Shown here piece by piece: positions 12,441 through 20,000 of a DNA stretch of 20,000 nucleotides (positions are counted from its first letter, which is position 1; each line of letters opens with the position of its first letter). The notes below the pieces were generated by a model that saw only the letters and a program-made list of their open reading frames with translations, was not told where the DNA came from and did not search any database. The position numbers and the translations under genes were made by a program. The stretch comes from Welwitschia mirabilis (taxonomy: Eukaryota). The stretch lies in assembly GCA_051453625.1 (NCBI GenBank), contig JBOZIK010000001.1, forward strand, positions 504,188 through 524,187, read 5' to 3'.

Positions 12441-13268
12441 TATTGAAAAATCTAGTTTTAATGATTCCACTTGATAAACATTTTGTGTCATTATGTAGAT
12501 AGGTCATTACAAAAACATCAGACCTTAATAGGCACTTGATCATGATGGATCTTCAAATACAACATCTTATGGAAAGGATCAAATGCTAAGCTATAAAATC
12601 AATTATTTAAAGATGGCTAAGAAAGTAAAGACATCTTGAGTGAATACGTCTAGAAAGTTAGAGATGTGTCATATGTACTGAAGTTCAAATAATAGGCTAA
12701 AAGGTGACTTCTATATTTAAGATGACTAAACTAAAAGTTTAACTTAACATAGATGAAGACGTCTACATAATTAAAGATGTCTATACTAAGCTGAAACAAG
12801 TAATAGAGTGAATTTGGTTTTTGACCAATATCTTACATTTTAGGTGAGCTATGAATTTGTACATCGCAAATTCATGATCATGGAGGCTAAAGATACTACA
12901 GACAAAATTCATTAAAACCTAGGCAAGTTAACTGAAGACATCTATAAAGTGAAGATGTCTGAATATGATTAAATGTCTACAAAAGTAAAGATTTATTGAA
13001 CCAAAGTTCATATTAATTAAAACTAAAGTTATACACCCAAAGCATAGATATTGACTATTCATTACATGATGGTAACAAAATCAAACAACTATCTTTCAAG
13101 CTTAAATAATGAGATCTTCTTCAACCTTATAAAGCCTTGATGTCATAAATCCAAAGAGAGCTTTTAGAACTTTATTGAATCAAATAAATATACAAATCTT
13201 AAAACTCCTAAGTGAAGGGAACCTCTCACAAAGAAATTAAAGGATTCATTAGTGAGGAGCTAACATTA
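12441..13268 (+). repeat. SIRE 5' LTR, left part (U3) with AGACGTCT-type palindromic repeated motifs
   Basis: agacatct/agacgtct/agatgtct variants at ~12628, 12757, 12775, 12936, 12953 and 12971. Confidence 0.6.
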
Positions 13269-13601
13269 TGTTGGGCCCCTTTACCATCACACCAAAAGCC
13301 ATGACTATTAGTGGAATCTAGTAAATTAGAACCCATTACATTTACTCACCTATCGGGCTGGGCATGGAGATCGCACATCCAATAATCTCCCACTTGATCC
13401 ATATGCCAAGTGCGTACATGAACTGGGAAGGCACTGGGGAGACTTGAACCTAAGACTTGATAACCACCTTGGCTTTGATACCAATTGCTGGGCCCGTTTA
13501 CCATCACACCAGAAGCCATGACTACTAGTGGAATCTAGTAAAGTAGAACATATTACGTTTACTTACTTATGGGGTTGGGCATGAGGACCGCACACCCAAT
13601 A
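13269..13601 (-). mobile_element. Complete TRIM (terminal-repeat retrotransposon in miniature), 333 bp
   Basis: Two 116-bp direct repeats (13269-13384, 13486-13601), PBS TGGTATCAAAGCC (13471-13483, minus), polypurine tract (PPT) AAGTGGGAGA (13386-13395, minus) and a ~100-bp non-coding interior. Confidence 0.93.
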
Positions 13602-13660
13602 ATTTTTTTATTAAGAAATATTTTCCATAAAAAAAAGAGTAAATAATGAAGCAAGTGCTC

Positions 13661-14743
13661 TCAGTGGCGGGCACTGACGTCCTTAGTAAGGGAGGGAAGG
13701 ATAGAGGCAGTGGCGATAGTGAAGTGTTGGGTCACAGAATATTTAGGCAGAGTGAAGACAAGGTTAATACTGGAAGTGGACTTCGTGAAGTAAGCTCTGT
13801 TGTTAAAGATGTCGTTCACGGATACCCAGTGGATGGCCGATGGGACACTGGGCTTGGGACATAGAAGGTCACGATTAAATTCCTTGGAGGCCGAGTTACT
13901 AGGGTCGTTAAAAACATTACATTCACTATGGATGGTGGGTTTACTACTACCACCAATGGCATACTCTAATCATGGCTCGTAGAAATTGTTTATCACATGG
14001 GCGTATCCAAAGCGGACACACAGCATGTGCTTTCAGAGAGCCAAGCTAAAGTGGTTAAGTATGACTGTGGCATAGATGACCATATCTTCAGTGTCGGAGT
14101 CACTGCTTTTAAGGAGCATCACCTTGCGAGGCAATGAAAACCAATTGTTGGAGATGGTTACGTTAGTGGAGCCTTGGTTGATGTCAATGAGACTGTCCTG
14201 TGTGGAGCTGAGGGTGTTGTAATTGATCCACATGTGGGAGGATGCACTGATGCTGATGGCATTGCCGTATTGGCCTTGGCTTGGAGCACAGTTGCGGAAA
14301 GTTAGATAGTGGATGATAACATTGGTGGCACTGCGAATAAAAAAGCATGCTCCACTGTCACCAATGACCACGCAAGCGCTATAACCATTGATGGTGATAT
14401 AGCTCTTGAGTCTTAGCGGGGCCTGTAGTTTAATGTTCATGTTGTGCATGAACACGATTTAAGGTTTTGTATTGCTCATCATACCATAGTGAAGACTGCT
14501 CACTGGTGGATTATTGGGATCGTTCTTCTCTATTGTCACCATGTATATCTTGCTGCCACTAATGCCCTTTGTGGCTACACTGAAACCAACAGTGCAGTCA
14601 ACCAACTTCATATGGTTGTTGGATCAATTTAGGTCTCCTCTCTAGTACTTATCTATGACATTGTACATTTTTGTGGAAGCAGCATCTGCAACCATCCATA
14701 ACATCATGCAGCTTAGAATTGAGATCATCATATCATTGGTCAT
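13661..14743 (-). pseudogene. Full-length intronless pectate lyase (polysaccharide lyase family 1, Cry j 1/Amb a 1-like) pseudogene
   Basis: One frame of 361 codons from ATG 14743 to TGA 13661 with 5 internal stops (14642, 14624, 14459, 14033, 13970): signal peptide, NVIDKY*RGDLN*SNNHMKLVDCTVGF, NMNIKL, NVIIH, WINY (WIDH), DSLID, TISNNWF, HMLCVRFGYAHVINN (RMPRxR), YAIGGSSKPTIHSECNVF, SVNDIFNNRAYF. Confidence 0.95.
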
Positions 14744-14789
14744 GTCTCTCCTTCCTCTATAACACTCAATGCCTTGAAAGTGCCAAAGA

Positions 14790-14791
<2 letters not shown>

Positions 14792-14849
<58 letters not shown>

Positions 14850-14866
14850 TCTCACTCTCTCTCTCT
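14792..14866. repeat. (CT)n/(GA)n microsatellite upstream of the pectate lyase ATG, running into an assembly gap
   Basis: Directly visible; about 75 bp with two interruptions. Confidence 0.98.
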
Positions 14867-14966
14867 NNNNNNNNNNNNNNNNNNNNNNNNNNNNNNNNNN
14901 NNNNNNNNNNNNNNNNNNNNNNNNNNNNNNNNNNNNNNNNNNNNNNNNNNNNNNNNNNNNNNNNNN
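14867..14966. other. Assembly gap (100 N)
   Basis: Run of N. Confidence 1.
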
Positions 14967-15212
14967 GAATTAGGGTTTCTACCCTAAAAGAAAATCTATA
15001 TAAGGAGAGTAGAGGCATGGAATTCTATAGGGTGTAGGAGTCAAGAGTTATCAGATTGGCTATTAAGGATGACTTATGTCCTTGCCCTTTTCTTCATTCT
15101 AATAGAGAGCTCTACATTACTTTCATGGTTTTTCCCCACATTAGAGTTTTCCACGTAAATCTGGTGCATTGATATTTGCATTTTGCTTTTGCTCTGCTGC
15201 ATTTTTCTAATA
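14967..15212 (+). repeat. 3' part of a Copia-type LTR (different from the TRIM LTR)
   Basis: TATA box ctatataag (~14996), tggtttttccc..gttttccacgtaaat hairpin motif common in Copia (Tork/Tnt1-like) LTRs, and an end ctaata (decayed ctaaca) just before the PBS. Confidence 0.65.
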
Positions 15213-15214
15213 AT

Positions 15215-15425
15215 TGGTATCAAAGCCACTGTGGTTAGCAGGTCTCGGGTTTGAGTCTTATCGATGGCTTCCTGGTCCATGTGAGCACTTGACATGTGGA
15301 TTGAGGGGGAGATTATTGGATGTGCGGTCCTCATGCCCAGTCTAATAAGTGAGTAAATGTAATTCCAGTTTACTAGATTCCACTAATATTCATCACTTTT
15401 GGTATGATGGTAAAGGGACCTAACA
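15215..15425 (+). mobile_element. TRIM internal domain plus 3' LTR (same family as 13269-13601)
   Basis: PBS TGGTATCAAAGCC at 15215-15227, interior homologous to the left TRIM, PPT GAGGGGGAGA at 15303-15312, LTR 15314-15425 ending CTAACA. Confidence 0.9.
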
Positions 15426-15430
15426 CATTG

Positions 15431-16157
15431 CTAACATTATTCTCTCTTAAATCTTCATTGCCATATTCTTCATTAATACTCTTGACAATAACAACAACTT
15501 CAAGAAGCTTAAATCTACATCATAGTAATATTCTTAGGCTTATTGTTGTACTATACTTTTGGTTTTACATTATGGACTATCTTGTTGTTGAATATTCTTG
15601 TAAGTCTATTACTGGATCTATATCTCTGTAAGGTAACCCTTGTAGTGGTGGGCATTTGAGTTACTTCCTGTGAGTAATTATTTAATGTAAGATTATTGGT
15701 TAGTCAAAAAACTATTATTTCCTTACAAAGGAGAGAGTGATTTTTTGCAAGAAGAGCCTCATTGTTGTAAAGATTTATGGTATGCCTGTGAAAACCACTA
15801 TTCCCTTATGGGAGAGAGAGTGTTGTCTTGTGAGAAGACTCTTATTATTATAAATTTTTGTGGTATGCCTATGAAAACCACTATTCCCTTGAGGAAGAGA
15901 GGGTGATGCCTTGCGGGGAGACTCTAATTTATTGTAATATTGGTGGTATGCCAGAAAACCACTATTTTCTTATAGATTAAGAATATCTAGAGGTGTTGAA
16001 AGAAGATATCCTCTGTGTGTGGATGTGTGTAGGTTGGAGAATCATGTTATCTTAATAAGGGTTGCATTGTGAATTTCCATTTAGCTTTGTTAATAGTTTA
16101 AATTTTTATTTGATGGAACTCATTCACTCCTCCCCTTTGAGTTCAAACAATCCTAAA
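15431..16157 (+). repeat. SIRE 5' LTR, right part (R/U5)
   Basis: Ends with the C-rich signal attcactcctccccttt (~16122-16138), directly followed by the PBS. Confidence 0.75.
15697..15970 (+). repeat. Tandem repeat, ~83-bp unit, ~3.3 copies, inside the LTR
   Basis: tggtatgcc..gaaaaccactatt at 15778, 15861 and 15944 (period 83), with a more diverged copy at 15697. Confidence 0.9.
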
Positions 16158-16158
16158 G

Positions 16159-16169
16159 TGGTATCAAAG
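16159..16169 (+). promoter_or_regulatory. tRNA-Met(i) primer-binding site of the SIRE-like element
   Basis: TGGTATCAAAG, ~50 bp upstream of gag. Confidence 0.8.
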
Positions 16170-16217
16170 TGGATACTCATAAAAAAAAGTAACTTCATTG
16201 AGTGAACAATAGAAGGG

Positions 16218-18075
16218 ATGCCATCTCTTGGACCTCCACTTTTTGATGGGATAAACTATGACTATTTGAAGATGAGGATGTAGGTGTACTTACAGTCTTT
16301 TGAGTTTTATGTATGACAGAGCATAAAAAAAGATACTTAAATCCTATGGAGGATGTTATAAATGTTGCAGGTAATACCATTACTCACATTAAGAAAAGAA
16401 AAGATAATATAGATTAATAAAAAGGTACCTTTATGTATGAATTTAAAGCTAAGAATGCACTTTATTCTACTTTATCTAGAGAAAAGGTTAATAGAATTGC
16501 ATTTTGTAAGACAAAACAAGAAATTTGAAATGTTCTAGTTGAAACATACAAAGGCACATCTCATGTGAAATAATCTAAGCTTCTAGTTTAGACAAATTAA
16601 TCTGAGAATCTCAAAATAAACCATGGAGAAATGGTTCATGGATATTTTACTAGGATTTCAAATATTATAAACGCAATACATGGCATTACAAAAGATTTCC
16701 AAAAGCAAAGGTAATTCAAAAGGTTGTTAGATTACTAACCCCCGAGTATAGACCAAAGACTATAGCTATAGAAGAATCTAGAGTTTTCAATGCAATGAAG
16801 ATAGAAAAACTATAGAGTGCTTTTATAGTGTATGAAATGAATCTTATTCAAGAGGAAGCTTTGAAAGAAAATCCCATNNNNNNNNNNNNNNNNNNNNNNN
16901 NNNNNNNNNNNNNNNNNNNNNNNNNNNNNNNNNNNNNNNNNNNNNNNNNNNNNNNNNNNNNNNNNNNNNNNNNNNNNTATGAAATGAATCTTATTCAAGA
17001 TGAAGCTTTGAAAGAAAATCCCATTGCATTTAAGGTAATCCAAAGCACAAATCAGAGACCAAAAGGAAAGGTAAAAGAAGAATAGAAATAATATGACTCT
17101 GATGATGAAAATGAGGAATTTCTTTTCATTATGAAAAGAGTTAAGAGACTTTTAGCATGAAAATACAACAATAAGGAGGACTCCAGAAAACCACCTAGTT
17201 TACCAACCAAAGGTAAGTCTTAAAATGATGCTTATTTTTCTAATATCTCAAAAATATAATGTTGGATATGTGAAAGATGAGATCATATAGCATTGAAATG
17301 CCCTAGTATTGACAGGTTGCAGGATAATGAATAAAAGAAAGAGCTAAAAAAATGAAATCTTTCTTTATAGGATGGAATGATGATGAAGAATCAACAGAAG
17401 AAGAAATATCTAATAAGGAGAAAACACATTCATCATAGACATCCATTACATATCTTCAAGTATAAGATGATGATATTGAAGAAGAGTATGATTCAGATAG
17501 TGAAGACGATTCAAGTATGATTACTAAAGAAAAGTATGTTATAATGTTTAAAGAATTTATTAATTTAAAAAAATTATGGACTAAAATGAAAAAGCTATTT
17601 CATACTCTTGAAGAAGCATTAAAATAAGAAAAAAATACTTGCAAAAATTTATTCTTTGAAAACTCAGCCCTTAATGCTAAGGTTGGTAATCTAATGTATA
17701 AATGGAAGAATGTAAGACAGGAGCTTTTAGATTCAAAGAAAATCATAGAAAGATTTACATAAGGCAAAGAAATTTTAAATATCATACTTGAACAAATCAA
17801 AAATCTAAATGATAAGAATGGCTTGGGACACAATGAAGAAACAACTAGCACTTTAACCCCTCTATTTGAAAGGTGGAATTATAAACTAAGGTATGATCAT
17901 TTAACATATACAAATAACATCATTTGCTACTATTTTCAATATAGAGATCATTATCAGCATATATGTTTAATAAAAGTTAAAAATATATATTATTAAAAAC
18001 ACCAAGATGCATGGTATATTGGTACATCATTTTGTACAGAATAGACCAAGGGAAGTGTGAATACTAAAAGCTAAA
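16218..18075 (+). pseudogene. gag: SIRE-type gag, disrupted
   Basis: PPLFDGINYDYLKMRM*VYL, LTPEYRPKTIAIEES, CX2CX4HX4C knuckle (CWICER*DHIALKC, ~17260-17301), acidic and coiled-coil region, second knuckle (CYYFQYRDHYQHIC, ~17925-17966) and RPREV*ILK (cf. GPKxxWVPK) at the end. Confidence 0.9.
16878..16977. other. Assembly gap (100 N) flanked by a 47-bp duplication, probably an unmerged contig overlap
   Basis: 16831-16877 equals 16978-17024 with one mismatch. Confidence 0.9.
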
Positions 18076-18437
18076 TCAAATCTTAGAATTGAGAAGAAGC
18101 ACGCTTGTCACATTTGTAGTAAATGCTTAAGACACAATAATGATATTACAACTTAATACAATAATGATCTATTTGACAATAAGACTATAAAATCTCAAGA
18201 AACTGAAGGATACTTTGTATAGGAACTTAGATATTAGGCCTTGTCCAATTAGATAAGTAAATAGGTAACATCCTTAACATTTTAACTCCATTTCATTTAT
18301 CTTATGAGTTGCAAATATGATCAGATATAGTTTATGTAGTTAAAATTAAATTATGTGTATGATATTTATTTTCTTAAAGTGTTATTATTATGGTTATAAT
18401 AGTCATAGATTTTTTTGAAAAATATAAAAATTTTATT

Positions 18438-18670
18438 GCAGACGTCTTCAGTTTTATAGATGTCTCTAATAAAGATGTCATAAATTTTGTAGACATCTTT
18501 GAAGGGTAGGTATGTAATTTTAATTTTTTAAATTAAATGTCTTAATTTTTATGGACGTCTCGATAGCAGGAAAATTTATTGAATTTTTTTTTAAAACAAT
18601 AGACATATTTGATTTTATAAACATCTACTTTTTGCATTTTAGACATCTTAAATGTTGTAGGCATCTTAAC
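18438..18670 (+). repeat. Cluster of AGACGTCT-type palindromic motifs upstream of the env-like ORF
   Basis: About 10 variants (agacgtct 18440, agatgtct 18458, agacatct 18491 and 18641, ggacgtct 18553, etc.), the same motif as in the LTR. Confidence 0.75.
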
Positions 18671-18954
18671 TGTACTGTTGTAAAAAATAAAAATGCACCA
18701 AAAGATATGGTTTTAGCCCTTTTTAATAGTAAAAAGGACTATCAAATATCATTTTCAAGTTCCCCTCAACATGTATCTCTCTTAGGTGATTTTCCAGGCT
18801 TTATTTTCTTAGATTTCTCTAGCTAGAGAACTTGAATTCATAAGACATCTTAAAAGCAGGTAAGAACTACACTTTTTCTTGAATAGATGCATATTTTTTC
18901 ATAGTTTCTAGCATTTCAGTTGATCTTTTTCAGTTCTTCACCTATTTTGAAAAA

Positions 18955-19950
18955 ATGATTATAAGAAAGGCAATAGGAACCTTTAGGGAAAATGAGCAAG
19001 CCTCAAAATAACCAAGATCATAATATGAACCATAGTTCTATCATGAGGCAGTAAAAAGAAGAGTGAAAAATTGGTTTAGAAGTGCAATTATTACAAAGAG
19101 AACCATTGGGTTTGGGAAATGATAGTTTAGCATATCCCTGATCTAGTGGTAAGAGAGTTCTATGATAAAATACATGAAATTGATGACAGTATAGGTGCAT
19201 TTCAAACTTAGGTTAGAGGCACAAATTTACATATCATTTTGAGTTTTATTAATTCATTGCTTAGTATAGATGATATAAATATTACTTAGATTTATAGTCA
19301 TTCATTTAAAGAAATATATCCATGTGTCTTAGCGTCAAATGAGCAACGTTTCATTTGGGCATAACAACATGAACTTTGTTAAAGATATTAGGAGAAAAGA
19401 TATGACACCTAATGCCTCAATTCTTAGTTTGATAATATTCTACAACATTTTAATTAGATGAGGTAGCTATAGTTATTATAAACCCATGGAAACTTTTATT
19501 ATATACTGTTTACTCACTAATTTTGATATATATTGGGGTTTTATTCTGTGTATAGATATCATCTCACTATTTCATAAGGGGTAGAACTTGGGTCATCCTT
19601 GTCTTATCAACCCGATCATTAGTAGTGTAGATATTTTAGTGTCACAGGTTAATCTCATCTATTAGAAGAAACCATTAGAAGAATTTAGTGAAAAAAAGAG
19701 AGCACAATTACACTAGATGAAGGCACAAGCAGAAGAACTCCATAATTTCAGTGATCATAGGCTACAACTACTCATAGCTCTTCATCCATAAAAAAGGGAT
19801 TAAAAACAATTGCAAAAATGTTTGGCAAAATTGAAAGAAATCTTTTGAGGCTAAAGAAACATAGATCCATCACAAGTGAAGGTAAGGCACCAATAAAGAG
19901 TTGGGAATCCATGAGGATTCCTACATGGTCAAACTTAAAGGAGAAGTCAA
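18955..19950 (+). pseudogene. env-like / putative plant transposon protein ORF, disrupted
   Basis: DLVVREFYDKI (~19140-19172), VRGTNLHIILSFINSLL, LIIFYNILIR*G, FIIYCL, GHPCLI: collinear with the YPxLVREFY..VRG..IN..NILP..LPYPxLI pattern of SIRE/Athila env-like proteins. Boundaries are approximate. Confidence 0.7.
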
Positions 19951-20000
19951 ATGTATAGGAAGAGTTAAATGTAGAGGAAGAAACAAGACTATCAGCTCCA

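Larger units (their letters stand above)
12441..20000 (+). mobile_element. Sirevirus (Ty1/copia SIRE)-like element, gag + env-like, no recognisable pol; 5' LTR interrupted by an insertion
   Basis: LTR with palindromic repeated motifs, C-rich U5 signal (cattcactcctcccct) before PBS-Met, SIRE-type gag with two zinc knuckles and an env-like ORF. The start at 12441 (TATTGAAAAATCTAGTTTTAATGAT, read as decayed TGTTG..GTTTTGATGAT) is approximate. Confidence 0.8.

Noticed and set aside
14033-14455. 140-aa ORF as a functional short pectate lyase, or stops rescued by recoding or RNA editing
   Set aside because: It is the longest inter-stop fragment of a pseudogene. The stops are of mixed types and the catalytic motifs are also mutated.
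13646-14632. Plus-strand ORFs (72, 60 and 62 aa)
   Set aside because: Antisense shadows of the minus-strand pectate lyase pseudogene.
14671-15037. ORFs rich in SL/ER dipeptides
   Set aside because: Artefacts of the (CT)n microsatellite and the N gap.
15697-15970. CRISPR-like regularly spaced repeats
   Set aside because: The intervening segments are themselves homologous (whole-unit tandem repeat), the context is a eukaryotic LTR and there are no cas genes.
16810-17085. Tandem duplication inside gag and ORFs spanning it
   Set aside because: Most simply an unmerged contig overlap around the N gap.
17600-19200. Small ORFs at 17600-17851, 18551-18826 and 19018-19200
   Set aside because: Antisense to gag/env or chance ORFs within the repeat-motif cluster.

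Overview
AT-rich, heavily C>T/G>A-decayed plant genomic DNA made almost entirely of nested, dead LTR retrotransposons, with no intact host gene. From left to right: a minus-strand Athila-like Ty3/gypsy element (RT, protease, gag, PBS-Asp, 5' LTR; 1-~5266); a 1.46-kb foldback element with ~550-bp inverted arms, TGTTT..AAACA ends and a probable 5-bp target-site duplication (TSD) (5721-7181); further degenerate LTR/PBS/RT debris (5300-10900); and a plus-strand Sirevirus (Copia-SIRE)-like element with gag and an env-like ORF but no recognisable pol (~12441 to the window end). The most striking structure lies inside the SIRE 5' LTR. It is an insertion (13269-15425) bounded by two copies of the same ~115-bp TRIM LTR in inverted orientation and flanked by a catta/cattg 5-bp TSD. 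It carries a complete TRIM, a full-length intronless pectate lyase (Cry j 1/Amb a 1-like) pseudogene inactivated by point substitutions without frameshifts, and a chimeric Copia-LTR/TRIM. A 100-N assembly gap lies inside it, so its true size is unverified. All family assignments come from motif recognition by eye; no database searches were run.
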